Assembly: GCF_001194135.2 (NCBI RefSeq) | Contig: NC_068984.1 | Location: forward strand, 65,071,013-65,135,012 | Direction: 5' to 3' | DNA length: 64,000 bases | Source: Octopus bimaculoides | Lineage: Eukaryota | Part shown: one piece after another, positions 41,359-56,554 of the stretch | Layout: each line of letters begins with the position of its first letter | Numbering within the stretch: position 1 is the stretch's first letter | Program-made: the position numbers and the translations under genes | The notes under the pieces: generated by a model | The model's database searches: none | What the model saw: only the letters and a program-made list of their open reading frames with translations | Told to the model about the DNA's origin: nothing

Positions 41359-42705
41359 ATATGCATGCACTCTGCAATACACAGACACACAGATACACAT
41401 GGGTATACACGCACATACATACATATACACATGTATGTATAAACATATGTATGCATGCATGTATAGATGAATATGGGCTAACAATGTTGTGAATTACAAT
41501 TACGCCAAAAAAATTACTCAATTCTGTTTCATTATTGTTACATAAAGTAGATCATGAACCACTACTAGCAGTTTCTTAGTTCTGAAATCGCTTTCAAATG
41601 ACAAAAGGCAAAAATAGAAGGATGAGATGAAGGAGGGGAAGAAGAAAGCTGAGAGCAAGACAGAGATGGACAATAATAGAAGTGAAACAAGAAACCAAGG
41701 GAGTGAGAGAAGACAAATTATGGGAGGGATTAGTAAAAGTATAGAAACAGACAAGCATGGAATAGGAGATGTAGAGGCAATTAAGGGCTATGAAAGAGAG
41801 AGTGGGAGCAAGACGAATGGGAAAAAGATAGAAGGAATAACAAGCATGTGAGCAGAAAGAGTAATGCAATGAAGGAAGAAAGAGAGGAATAGTTGGGCAT
41901 TTGGGAAGATGAATAGGAATATGTAGAGAAGATAAAAGAGATGAATAGGGAAACTTGTTGGTTCCCAATGCATTCATTTAGTCAGAATGAATAGATTAGG
42001 GAAATGTTATTAAACAAGCTGTGAAAGTGATGTGTAATAAGGATGGTATGAGAAGCTGAGATAATTAGTATACACTGTCATCACATTTTTTTGTAAGTAA
42101 GCATGAGTTAGACTAGAGTCAGTGAGGCAACTAAACATTATATTGAAGGATCACTCATTTCTTTTTAGTGGAGTACCATATATATTAATTTTTACAGGTA
42201 CAAAACTGAGAGAGACCTCAAAGTTGGTGGTTTATCAGCTGTCATCATTATCAGACAGAAGTTTACTTTGGTTTAATATTCATTTACATAGCACCACATA
42301 CCTAAGGAATGCCATGTTTAAGGTGGGAACATTAAACTGAACCACAGTCAGATAAAATTTAGCAAACTGAAACTTCAAGTCATTGCAAAGCATTTTCTTG
42401 TTAAAAATTATAATATGCACGCATAATACATATACGGAAAATTTCCACATGAAGGAAAAGAAAAAAAAAAACAACAAAAGAGTATGAAAGAATGATTAGT
42501 GTCTCAGCTGAAACAAGAGTTGAAACATCTAGTTATGTTAAAAGAAAATAAACAGATTATAACTACTTAGCAACATTGAATTCTTTCTGAGAAGGAAGTT
42601 CTCTAACTTTGTGTGTGTTATGTATACATGTGTGTATGTACATGAATATGTGTGGGTGTGTGTATACACCTGTGGCCACAGACACATGTTACAACTCTGC
42701 TGTAA

Positions 42706-42751
42706 CTTGCCTGAAGACCCTATGCACCCACAGGTGAAACAGAGTAGCAAG
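42706..42751 (+). ncRNA. Minimal type I hammerhead ribozyme fold (candidate 2)
   Basis: Stem I cttgc/gcaag (5 bp perfect), CTGAAGA, stem II cct.tg/ca.agg, GAA, stem III AC-aga-GT, cleavage triplet GUA (A42746); AATAAA at 42768. Confidence 0.68.
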
Positions 42752-45540
42752 AAACTCATTCAACCAAAATAAACATGTGTGTGTGTGTGTGTGTAAAGAT
42801 GTATGCATATATTTTTATATGTGTGTGTGTGTCTATATATATGTATATATATGTGCATGCATACATATATATGTAAATATACATATGTATATTTACAAAT
42901 AAATATATATATATATGCATACTGATGTATGTATACACACACAAGCACACACATATATGTACATATATTTGAGTTAGAGTCCCTTGTACTACAGAAATCT
43001 TAGTTTACTATCAAAGGCCACATGAGCATTTCCTGTGTAATCCTTTGACTAGATTAACTAATCCAGTGAAACCCAGGAATGATTAGCACATAAATTTTAG
43101 ATGACATATTACTTAGAATTGAAAGAATTTCACTTCTTAGGTAATTTTAGTACATCATAACTTGGTTCAGAGTTATAAATAATATACAATAATATAAATT
43201 CACAAAATCTAATACTGTTTCATACAATTCTAACACTAAAGGTTACTCAAAGATAGTTAATTCGCCCTTGATTTGCCAAAAACTAATCACATTTCTCTGA
43301 TGCAAGGATTAATATTATAATGTGTTAAAGAAAGTGATATCATCTTTGGATAATGCTTTACACATTCAGAAAAAAAATACTACTTTCTTTGATATCAGTA
43401 TTGGCTTCAAAGGTTCAACAGAAGTTTGTAGAATTATTGGATTATATATTTTAAGTTTAACCCATATATAATTCCATGACTTAAAAGCAGATTATACAGA
43501 AATGATGGCTTATTAATTCTTTGAAATATGAATAATCTAATAAATTCAGAAAAGAAAGTTAAAAAAAAACATTATCGACTTATTGAAATAATTAGATTAA
43601 AAATCACAGTAGATACTAAGACAACACCTTAAACTTAGATATCATCCTAATAGTAATCCAGATGTTATACTATAATACATTAACATAACATCAAACTACC
43701 AGCTAGACATATTCCATAATGTAGTGAAGAATATTACCATTTGTTTGTCTGGTGTATCATATTACCAATATACTTTCAGATATAGCTCTAGTTACTATAA
43801 TAATGTCTTAAGAAATAGTGGCTATAAAGAAAATATTCATTATCGCCAAATCAGTTGTAATAGATACAGAAATTTGAAAATGCAAGGTACTATAGAGTAG
43901 CTTTTATAATTTAGGTGAAAGCACTGATCTTAATTTAGATAAAGCTCATAGACACATTTTAACCAAAACATGTACATAACAAAATGTGCAATAGAAATGT
44001 ATGCAATAGAAGTGTATGCAATTCCACTATTGAAAATTTTGTCATAGCATTAGCTAACTTCAAGGATAAAAACACATCTTCAGCAATTGACAATAATACT
44101 GTAAAATGCAACTATATTAATATAATATCATGTCTTTTAAATTAAATTTGGTAATTCTACTGAATAACACAAGTGTATCCAAAATGATTGAACTATCCTT
44201 TAATGGATTTGACACAAACCCTGTCAAAAGAAATTACAATTTGCATAATTATACTTTTAATATGCTAGCTAGAAATCAGACTAGTATATTTGGAGCTTAA
44301 AATTTAGAAACTTCACCTTTCCTATATATAATAGAAAATTCTTAAGTTCAAGAACATACAACCAGTTAAAGAATATTTCTCAATTATATTTATTTGAGAA
44401 AAAAAATCATTCTGATCTAGTATAAAATCTTCCTCAATCATATATCAGAATTAGTATTCTTTAGCAAGAACATATCCCACTTCATTCTGAGAAATTTGTA
44501 ACTAACAAAATACAAAAGCTACTTCACTTTTTTGCCGTTTTAACATAGAAACTGTGACTAAGTTGTTTTAAATCTTGACACTTATATACACTTAAATCAT
44601 TCACACCCATAGAAGAATAATTTTGAATACTTCATAGTTCTTTGAATATTCATGACACCTAACAACAGTCATGCACTAACTATTTCATTATTCTGCCCAG
44701 CCAATGAGGTAGATGAACAGCTTTGAAATGCTTCAGTGAGAACCAAATTGATTATTCATAACACTTATAATAGTATAATGAACCAACAAAACAAAATTTA
44801 GCTAATGATTGTAAAGTTTGAGGTGTAATAAATTATTTCATCTTATTTCTGAGATTATGTACATTGAATTTTGTATTCTAAAATATATTTATTCCTTTTC
44901 CCTGCCACACACACATGGCCAAACAAATAAACAAAAACACGTCTGTACAAAAGCATATATTACAGAACTATTCAGAAATTTACAAATACATATCGTCAAT
45001 AAGATTCTAGTAAATATTTATTTATCTTCACTGGTATTTCACATTTATCCACACTTAAGTTCGCTGACAGACAGAATTCAAAGTAAAATATGAGAGATAT
45101 GTCGTAGAGTCATCAGATACAAACCATATATAAGCGATATCCCATTAAAAATGGGTAGGCTTGAAATACAAAACAAATTCATGATAGACAATGACACACG
45201 AATAAAAATGAATAACACCAAGTAGCAAAATATTCAGGCCTATATTGAAATAGATCTGTATTACTTTTATATATAACTAATTATACTGTGAAAGTGTTGA
45301 ACAAGAGTTTCACAAAAAAAGGGAGGAATAAATTATAATTCTATCCTTAAAAATCTTCCATTTTAAACTTCACAACCAGAAAGGAATCAATAATTTTCAT
45401 TAAATATCATTCAGAATTAAGTCTTTAAATACATATACACAGATATTAAAATACAGTAAAAACGACTGAAATTCTGTTTTTTGCTAACAAATAAAGTATT
45501 TTCAGAGTGTATAAATGTAATTATATCATATACATATATA

Positions 45541-46751
45541 TTGGGTCATCCCATAAATAATGCGGTTTTTTTAATTGCATGAACTAAAAGTTGGAGGGGA
45601 ATGAGATAACTACCTGCATCGACTTGCTATAAAAGCAGGTATTAATTTTACCTTGTACTTATTCATAGTACTTATTCAAGTTTTGGAAAGTGCAGTTCAA
45701 TTTTAACAGTTATACTTTCAAAGCTATAATGAAAATGACAAAGGAGCATATTCGACATATTTTGCTTTATGAGTTTAATAAAGGCAGCAATGGAACAGAA
45801 AGAGCGAGGAATATTAATGCAGTATATGGGGATCAGACAATAAGTGTAAGCTAGTGTCAATGATGGTTCTAGAAATTTTGAGCCGGAAACTACAGCCTAG
45901 AAGATGAGCCTCATCCTGGAAGATCTGTGGAGGTTGATGAGGATGTCCTGCAAACTCTGGTGGAACAAAATCCCATCATAACTGTTGAGGAACTATCAGA
46001 GAAGCTTGACACCTGTGTGCCATAAGAAAAGTCAGAAAATTGAGTCAATGGGTTCCTAACAAACTTTCCAAATCTAATCATGTGCAGAGAGTGAATGTGT
46101 GCTCTTCTCTACTGTCATGTCTCATGAATGAACCAGTTTTGGACTGAACAGTGACTGATGATGAAAAATGGGTTCTCTATAAAAATGTCAAACACTGAAG
46201 GCAGTGGGTAGGGAAAGGAGAAACACCAACATTCCAGGCTAAAGAAGGTCTTCACTCACAAAAGGTGTTGTTATCTGTTAGGAGGGATATGATCGGTTTA
46301 GTTGACTTTGAACATTTAAACCCAACCAAACAATAACAAAGAATATCTACTGTGAGTAGCCTGAGCGGCTTAAGTCAGTGCTAGAAGAAAAACGACCATC
46401 TTTGGTTTCAAGACAAAAGGTGTTCTTCCATCAGGAGGATGACATTCCAAAGGCTGGAACAGTTTGAATTGGAAACGGTACCCACCCACCATATTTGCTG
46501 AGCATTGCCCCATCTGATTATCATTAATCCGCAGTCTTCAAAAAATATGAATTCTGTAGACAAGGTCAGAACAGTACTGGTGGAGTTCTTTTTATTATGG
46601 ACAAGCAAATTTTGGAAGAGCCTTGCAAGTCTACCAGATAGATGGAAGAGCATTGTAGAAAATGATGGAGAGTATATTTTAGATTAAAAAAGAACTTTGT
46701 TTATTTTAATTTTGAAAAATAAAAGAAGTATAAAGAAATCACATTATTTAT
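45541..46751 (+). mobile_element. Decayed mariner (DD34D) transposon
   Basis: TA|TTGGGTCATCCCATAAATAATGCGG left TIR; partial right TIR aaatcacattatttat (46736-46751). Transposase from ATG 45729: KEHIRHILLYEF, LEDEPHPGRS, QWVPNKLS, VTDDEKWVLY, VFFHQED, PYLLSIAPSDY, SLPDRWKSIVENDGEYILD* (46687). Multiple stops and deletions. Confidence 0.93.
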
Positions 46752-46940
46752 TTAAGTTCAAACATCAAGAAATGCTCTTGAGTTACTGAAATTATATGTG
46801 CTTCCAGAAAAAGCAGACCAATTGCTTGATGACAAATGATATCAACTCTACTGAGGAAGTGGATACAATCTCAAGAACCAGTTCTCCAAAATTGACATTC
46901 CTTTCAGGAAAATACAGTATGACTATCTTCAGAGGACATC

Positions 46941-46983
46941 TGTGGGCATGCATTTCTGCCTGAATAGGCATCATCAGCTCAGC
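46941..46983 (-). ncRNA. Hammerhead-like fold with non-cleavable G17
   Basis: Minus strand CTGATGA-TGCCT-attc-AGGCA-GAA-ATGCAT-G: perfect core, perfect stem II and palindromic stem III, but triplet AUG and weak stem I. Confidence 0.4.
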
Positions 46984-47139
46984 AATTTTCCTACCTTAAC
47001 TTTCACAGATAAGACACTTAAACATATACAAAGAATTAAAAAAATAAAAATGAGCTTAAGGAAAAAACTTAAAGAGGAAAGTGAACAATATAAACAAAAA
47101 AAGAGTATATTAAGTAACATACAAGAAAAAATCCTGATT

Positions 47140-47355
47140 TAGCTTTTACATGTTTCAGTCACTGGACTACAACCATGCTGGCACACTGCTTTGAAGTGTT
47201 TAGTTGAACATTTCAACCCCCAGTACCTATTGTTTAAGCCTGTTAATTATTCTCTAGGTCTCTATTTGCTGAATTGCTAATTTGCAGGGAGGTAAGCAAA
47301 TCAACAGTGGTTATCAAGTGGAAGTAGGGGGTCAAACACAAGCATAAAGATACAC
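47140..47355 (-). mobile_element. 3' half of composite SINE
   Basis: tgtttcagtcactggact..accatgctgg..ccagtac..ttgctgaattgctaa, homologous to 52588 and 61381. Confidence 0.7.
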
Positions 47356-47716
47356 ATATGCACTCACACACACATGCACACATATACTATCATAGCACTA
47401 GGAAGGGCACCCGGGCACAGTAGCCATAACAAAATGGAAAATAAAAATCTGACCTAATAACTCTGAAATCTAAATTGACCACGTCTCTTGCATCCACATT
47501 TTTTTTAATGCAGTCATGGGTCACAAGGAATGTCACAATCCACAATCATAGCTTATATTGAATTACTACCTTTTTAGATGAGTTGAAGCATTACATTCCC
47601 TTTTGCTATCAATAGCTTTTATGACTGGATGTTGTTCCTAATGCCAATATGTATGTGTGTGTATGCATGCATGCATGCATGCATCCATGAGTGTGTGAGA
47701 GAGAAAGAAAGTATGT

Positions 47717-47831
<115 letters not shown>

Positions 47832-48269
47832 TGCATGCATAGGAGAAGCAAACTGTATGATCCAGATGAGCATGTAGCTGCTTACATTGGCAATTGATAG
47901 TTATATACAGTCCAAATATTATGTTATGCTTTCCCATGTAATATAGTGTGTACACACACACACAGTTTATATATATTAACTGTTTATAAACATCAATTGC
48001 TGATATAAGCTGCTACAATCTCAAATTCCTTTGGATCCTACTGTTTGCGTCTCATATATACATATATACACACATACACATATATATATATAGACACACA
48101 CAGTATATTATATTAAATCTTATTTAATATATAATATACAATGCACATTATATTATATATAAAATATTTTTATAACATAACTATGTGTAATATACTCTAT
48201 ATAAATTTACATATTATATATAAATTGCATTATATAAATTAATATTGTTTTATAAGCAATATATGAAAT

Positions 48270-48309
<40 letters not shown>

Positions 48310-49584
48310 ACACACACACACACACACTGAGTAAGAAGCAGAGTGAGGAAGAGAAAGTGAGACATTCATACAAATAGTCTAAGTATTGATAAATGCATAT
48401 AAATATCTGCACACTCATACCCACTCAAAGGTAACTATAAATACATCTAGAAATCTATATGTATACACAAGTATGCTAGTATACACATGTGTGAGTGTGC
48501 ATGTGGAAGAAAAAGTTTGTACAAACATATGTATATGTTCACATTCAGATAAATATGCTTTTCTGTGTGTGTATTTTACCTATTTCCTTATTAATACCAT
48601 ATATTTTCTTGTTTTTTTTAACTAAGGGATGATCATAAGGTGAATATAAAAAAAAAATATATATCAATTTTTTTTTTACATCCTACACTATATTGACTTA
48701 ACAATTTATACCAGCTTCTAAATATATTTAAATAGATTACTGACCCCCTTTAAGATGGATCTACATTACTGCATATCAAAGACCTACACAAAATTATGAA
48801 ATAGAAGATAATGTCTATGTAAGAATACTCTGCATATATCAATGCAATACCTGAACGTATTTTAATTTTATCACTAAAATATATTCAAGGCATGTAAAAT
48901 GTAATATATAAATGTAAAATATAAAAGGCATCAAATATAAACTGAAATGCTTCAAAAAATTCCTTGCCTGCCTGCTTATGACTTTGAATCAATAAGCTAT
49001 ATCAGAAAAACTGTCGTTATTTTATGCTGAATCCCACTGAAAGGGAAATTATCAGGCAAAACGGAATGATAATGTACACGTGCTGGCATGTGTGTGTGTG
49101 CATGAGGATTGATATTAATATTAATCTATGTATATCTTGGAGTGCTCAGTTTACATGTACATTCACACATGGACAGGCACACACACATCTGTATACATAC
49201 ATATACACATAAAAAAAAACATAACATATTAATATCAATATCGCCATGAGTAAGTATTAGTGTATTTCTCTATTTCTCTCTTTCTCTTCACCTATGTAAC
49301 TATTTATATAGCAATCCATCTATCGATTTGATTGTTTATCTACCTCTCTATATAGCTACATATGTGTGTGTGTGTGTGTGTATGTATGTATGCACACGCA
49401 CACATACATACCACACACAAGAATATGGATTAATATTAACATCTGCATGTATATGTTAGTGCGATTGTGTGAGGGGGAAAGCAGGTATGTCTGCACACAC
49501 ACACAGAAACAAAATTGCATGCTCACACACTTTTGTAATATTGATTTCGATTTTTGGCACAATGCCAGCAATTTCATTACATCA

Positions 49585-49730
49585 ACCCCAAAACTCAACT
49601 GGAACTTATTTTGTCAGACCGAAAGGAATGAAAGTTAAATCGACTTTGATGGAATTTGAACTCAGAACATGAAGATGAGTGAAATGCTGTTAATCATTTT
49701 GCATGGCATGCCAATGATTCTACAATGATT
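49585..49730 (-). mobile_element. SINE fragment (GAGTTCAAATTCC family)
   Basis: cgaaaggaatgaaagttaaatcgactttgatggaatttgaactcagaac is the reverse complement of the 25440 core. Confidence 0.7.
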
Positions 49731-52419
49731 CTTACATGCCTTTGTAATATGGAGAAACTTTACTCAGAGCTGGAATTTGTTCAATAAGTCAGAAGTTTAA
49801 GAGACATGATAATGTTTACAACTATAGTTGCTTATTATGTTAATACATTTGTACCTATTTTATATTATTATTATTAGATATTCTTATAAATCTTCAGTGC
49901 TTATTGAATATATGCATATTAGTATCAATATCAACACATAGCTGATTAAAACATATTTACATTTATATATATGGAGATATACACACACGCACATTAATAA
50001 AAGCATATCTAGATCAATGCATGAATATTTATATACAAGCATGTGTACAAATATATGCATATTTTATAGCTATGCATACATATACACATGCACACACAGC
50101 TAGTTATATAGATATACAGATAGATATAGAAAGAGAGACAGAGATTTATATATGTATATAGATAAGGAGTTTGAAATAGTGTGTGTGTGTGTATGTTTGA
50201 GCATAATTCAAAATGTGGTATCAATCTGTTGATTACTATTCTATATAAAATCAAACCAGAGTTAATGAAGACGTTGATGATGTGATACATATGATAATGA
50301 TGATGAGGATGATGATGAGGATGATGACAATGACAGCAATGATTACAATCATGAGGAGGTGAAGAAATTGAGAGGGAAGAAAAGACAATGGTAATGACAA
50401 GGAGGAAGAACTTAAATATGATCATAATGACAATAGGATTGGTGATGATCATTTATCATCATCGTCATCATCTAATCAAAGTAATTTAAATGTCTAAGAA
50501 AAAAACTTTTGTCCATAAATTTAGATTAAATATTCAAAATTAATTATAGTTATAAGACAAGATCATGGCAATTATGAATAGGGATTTTAGCAACAAAATT
50601 GATGCTAAATTTATAGGTTGTCCTCAATAATGAATATATGTTAGTGGTACTGATATTATTAATTCCAGAAATTTAGAATAAGGGATTGATGGTGATCATG
50701 TTGTCAATGGTGATTATAGTAATAAAAATGATTGCATTCAATTATATTAAACTGGAAAAAATCTGAATTTAAAGGTAACAGGTCAATGGTGTACTCTTAA
50801 TTTCGTAGTCACAATAAAAAAAAAACATGCTGAAGTTAATTCTCAATGCTTTATATGCAAAAGACTGTCATTAAGTATATTCAAACAAGTCTTCTGATTT
50901 GTGTTCTCCTTAGAATATTAACATCAACCACAAAACTTTGGTGAGAAAAATTTGTTTGCTATATCATCACGTGCATGGAAAGTTTTCTCTTACTCTAATC
51001 TCAGTGGTAATGAATGTAGATCAATATTCAAAGTCTGAGATTCATCAACCACTTTGAAAATACTTCCTGAAGCAATTCAGAAATATTTCTTCAGAAATGA
51101 AGTGCTCTTGCTAAATGAAAATGACAGATAAGAAAAGAAAAGACTGCATCAATCAAGCTTTAATATATATATATANNNNNNNNNNNNNNNNNNNNNNNNN
51201 NNNNNNNNNNNNNNNNNNNNNNATAGCCTGTTCTTCTGGAATTGAATATTATTTACTAAAGAATGTTTATGAAAATGTAAAACTTATATATTAATCTAAC
51301 AGCTTTTGTTATAAAACATTTAAATCTGATAATTGTATTTGGAAAACCATAATACTACTGGCTAAAATACTACATAAATTAATTAAAAGCAGACTATTAA
51401 ATGTAAAATATCTAAATAAATTTCTATATTAATATATGCACACATATCTTTAATGTACATTTCAGTACAAACAATATTTGCTGTAAGTATAGAAGTACTT
51501 GCACATAAAATGCATCAAAGTTCATCAAGAAAGGCAATATTTATTCTCATTTTAATTAAACTGCATAAATTAAATCAATGTGCCAATCTCTATTAAAGAT
51601 GCACCAACTAACACGATAAACGAACATCAAATTATGCGATTATGACATGAATATAAATTCTTCTCAACAAACTGTTTACTGGAAACATTCTTTGGTGAAC
51701 CATCCAATGCATTATGTGTATTTTTCCCATGTTAAACCAGCCATTAATAACAGAATTTCTACCAGAAACTATGTACTCACACTTGTGTACATTTATATTT
51801 ATATATATATATATAATGAAACTGGTTTTGATAAAAGACAGGAATGAGAAGGGAATAGTAGCCAAAAATAACAGTGTGTATCATCTTACGAATATTCACA
51901 CTCTTACTTAAAATGTATCGATTCCATTGAGACAAAGCGTACCAGTGTAATAAACATATTCTGGATGATACAATTTAAATATAGGTTCTTCATAATACCC
52001 AATTTATTTTTTCCCCATAAGTTACAAATGAGTATATATCATAAGAGTACTCATAAGTAAAGCAACAGCATCATGTATAATTTTGAAGAAATCAATTAAC
52101 ATTGAATCTAGAACTGAATCTTTAATAAGAAATACATGTGAATATGTTCAGAATATCATATATGAGTATATAACTTTAAGTTATGACGATTGCTGTACAG
52201 ACTAAAAGGACAAGTTTATAACAATGATAGCATAATGACATTCTGTCACCAATCAAAAACAGAAGATGGCTATCAAATACCTAATGAGTGAAAGAACTAA
52301 TTTACTGACAAAATATTCTTAATATGAAGAAGTTCCAATTGCTGTACACCATATCTTCCTTAAAGCCATGGTAAAATAACCAGCACATAAAGCAATCCAC
52401 AAGAATAAATGCATTAGAA

Positions 52420-53146
<727 letters not shown>

Positions 53147-54253
53147 CTTTGAAAGGAAGCAGACAAGTATTTGAGGAAGAAAACTTCCTACAGTTTCATA
53201 AATAGTAATACCTATAAAAATGAATCTGTTACATGTAAATGCAACAAACCTGATATTCTCTACAAGTATATTGAATGTTGGCAACAATGTGAGTTCAACA
53301 TTATTCCTATTTCTTTCTATTTTTAGTTTATTATAAATAAAACCTTTGTATATTTTCATTTCAATATGCCTTTCTCATTTTTAAATGATATTCAAGTTTA
53401 CTTTACTAGTACTCATACAATGATATTAGAATAAAATGCATGTTCAAGAATGAATGCAACATATTGAAATGCCTCAGATATTAGGCAACAGAAATCTTCC
53501 TAAAAGTTGCAAACAATGATAACATGTATGAAATTAATATAAAAGCTACATATTCAATACTGTAATTATGTGTACACCATCCATATGTAAAGTCACATGA
53601 CTATATAACAAAAACACTTATAAAATAACCTAAAAAGACTGAGCTTTCTTCTCAAAGTGCAGAAAAGACTAGAATGTGTTGATTAGATTAAACCAACAAT
53701 TTGAAAACATAGGTATTTTTTTGTGTTTACATCCACAGACAAAGCATACACACATGAACATGAACATACCCATGGCAACATAGTTGTTTCAACCCTATCT
53801 AAACTAACAAAAAAGCCTTTTAGAATTTCAAAGCAACTAGATCTTATTTTGTTGCAAAGGAGATAAAAAAAAGGAGATACATAAAAAGAAAGGCAAGCAC
53901 AATCATTTGAACATATCTATAGTCTTGTGATAAGCTAGTATATATTTTATTAAATAAAAGAAAATGAAAATCTACAAATACGTTAGAAACTCTTAAACAA
54001 ACTGCTCATTATTTTGGATCTAGAATGTTATCAATAGGTGATATCAATCCAAACTTGTTTATCAACAGTTTGAACATCCACTTCATAGAAAACACTTATA
54101 ACAGTTTTGATAATTTTTTTGTGATATTACACAGAGCTCATTATCTGATCACTTAACAAAACTCTAAGAGTAAAAAAAGAAATCATGCATTTTGCATACA
54201 TGAATAAGTATGAGCACTATGAATATGTGTATAATTATGTGTGTGCATGCATC

Positions 54254-54326
<73 letters not shown>

Positions 54327-55067
54327 TTGTGTGTATGCATATGACAGACATACAGACAGACAGATAGATGTATCTAAATTATATATTAAAACCTCCACTG
54401 GAAAATCATTCCCTACTTATTTAAAACAGCTGCCATCAAACCATGAGATTTAATATCTAGGATCCACCTGCTATCATTTGATGAAATAAAGTGCACCAAC
54501 TGCTAAGAGCACCATTTGCTGCATTAAAGGAACATTTCTGAGATTCCAAATGAAATTTGCACTGCACTTTTAGTGGCAGGTTATAAAAAAAACTAATTGA
54601 AACTATGGATAACGGTATGCAATGAACTAATGCCATAAAGCAAAAAAGGACTGCAAAAGGAAGTGATACGGCAATGCTATAAGAAAACCTGTGATTATTG
54701 GAACATCTAATAAAACAGAAAAATTAATCAGTTTTAGCTAATGCAGTATTAATATTAAACACATGCAATGAATACAGTTTTGTTGAAGGATGAATATAAT
54801 TATGCCTTTAAATCCTGATTTATAAAACCTATTCCTGAAAGTTAATGTACTTTCCTAAGAATAGAAAAATGATATTCCAAATTTCATTACTACATTTGGT
54901 ATAATAATAACACTGACATTGAATGAGATGCATAGTAAATAAAAGAAAACTACTAAATTTCTGAAATGTATTCACCGTGATTCAATACGAGGAGAATTCG
55001 CATACACATAGACACACGTGTATATATATATATATATGCACATATATATACATATGATTCCCATGCT

Positions 55068-55156
55068 TTCCCTGATGAGAAGGTAAGGTTACAATTTTAA
55101 TATCAAAGATCCCTATGGATCACACAGGTTGTAATCCTTTGAAACATATGTAGGAA
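55068..55156 (+). ncRNA. Type I hammerhead ribozyme fold with long branched stem II (candidate 3)
   Basis: Stem I ttcc/ggaa, CTGATGA, stem II gaagg/ccttt then ttacaatt/ggttgtaa and gatcc-ctat-ggatc, GAA, palindromic stem III ACATATGT, cleavage triplet GUA (A55152). Confidence 0.75.
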
Positions 55157-55203
55157 TAAAGTATGCAATTATAACATGCGTTTTCTCCAATCCTTAAATT
55201 CTT

Positions 55204-55244
<41 letters not shown>

Positions 55245-55677
55245 TATACATATACATACATACACATACATACACCCATGTATACACACACACACACACA
55301 CACATACAATTCATATAGAAAAAGGAACGTAGAAAATGTAACCAGTATAATATGATTTATAAAGTGTACATGTAACTCAGTAAGCCAACAGTTAGTATTG
55401 TGTAAGCTGGTTGATCCTACTATACAACACAACCTTTTGATAACATGCTACACCTTTCCACCATTCCTTTTAAAGTATATATAATATATATACACATAAG
55501 GTTCCTTATTACAAAACCAAAACACAATAAACTCAATACATTGCAATGGAAAATATATTTTTACATAAGTTATATGCTTTATAATGGTACCAACATTCCA
55601 AACCTTACTAGCCTCCTGTTTCATATATATATATGTGGTTGTCTACTCCTTATGCAGAGTTTGACCACCTCTTGTAC

Positions 55678-55881
55678 CTAGACCTTAGAACCATCATGGC
55701 GTCTGATGTGGCTTTTTAAGCCAGACAATGTTTTGAAAAGACACCCACATAAATTGCATACCTGATTTGGACCACCAAGAGCTGCTAAGTTCTGATCTTT
55801 GTGGATCTTAAAATGTCTTTTGAGGCTTCCATTAGATTTGCAGACCTGGCATACATTGCATTGAAAGGTGTGCACAGACAT
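55678..55881 (-). pseudogene. Two C2H2 zinc fingers, probably the C-terminus of a decayed LINE ORF (or a ZNF remnant)
   Basis: CNVCQVCKSNGSLKRHFKIH (one residue short) and CNLCGCLFKTLSGLKSHIRRH then GSKV*; no TGEKP linker and no convincing splice acceptor. Confidence 0.6.
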
Positions 55882-56191
55882 ATAGGCAGCATATACGTAT
55901 ATGTAATCCTATTTATTAGGAGAGGTGCACCATCGCTCTGTATGCCAAAAGAAGCAATTAACAGAATTGGTATCAGGAACGGGCATCTGATCTCCAAAAT
56001 ACTGCTTCAAAAGTTATTATTACAAACCATCATGGAAGAAGTAGATATAAAAGTGATGATGAAAGGATGATGATGATTACATTGCCTTTGGATCTAAACC
56101 ATTACTGTGGTGATATATGGCATGCATAGGCCATTTTATTTAATCCAATGGAGATCATCTTTTCCAGATGGCCACAGTTGATTTCTTAGAC

Positions 56192-56554
56192 CAGCATTTC
56201 TCAACTGGGGTTCCCTGGAACACTAGGGTTCCGCAAAAGGTTCCTAGGAGTTCAGCAAGAAAGAGTGAGATAAGCTAAAGCTAATCTTCTGATCATAATA
56301 GTACTAATCAAGCACAGCATATTATTGGTTATTGTAATATTGTAATATAGACATCATCCTATCTAACCTATTATGTTATCAATATGATATTTATCACATG
56401 AACTACGAAGAAAAAACACGAGAAAGATATGGTATATATTTTTTTGTGCAGGGGTTCCTTGAGGTATGCAATTTATTTTAAGGGGTACTCAAGGGTAAAA
56501 ATGTCTTTTGAGGCCTCCATTAGATTTGCCGACCTTCTGGCATACATTGCATTG
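56192..56554 (+). mobile_element. hAT-like MITE with aberrant right end
   Basis: Left TIR CAGCATTTCTCAACTGGGGTTCC; subterminal GGGTTCC repeats; perfect 8-bp TSD TCTTAGAC (56184-56191, 56555-56562); the right TIR is absent. Confidence 0.75.

Noticed and set aside
41594-41977. ORFs in a purine-rich tract
   Set aside because: Low-complexity GA-rich decayed repeat; compositionally biased peptides on both strands.
50780-50815. Minus-strand CDYEIKS resembling a CUB start
   Set aside because: No splice acceptor, and an in-frame stop follows within a few codons.
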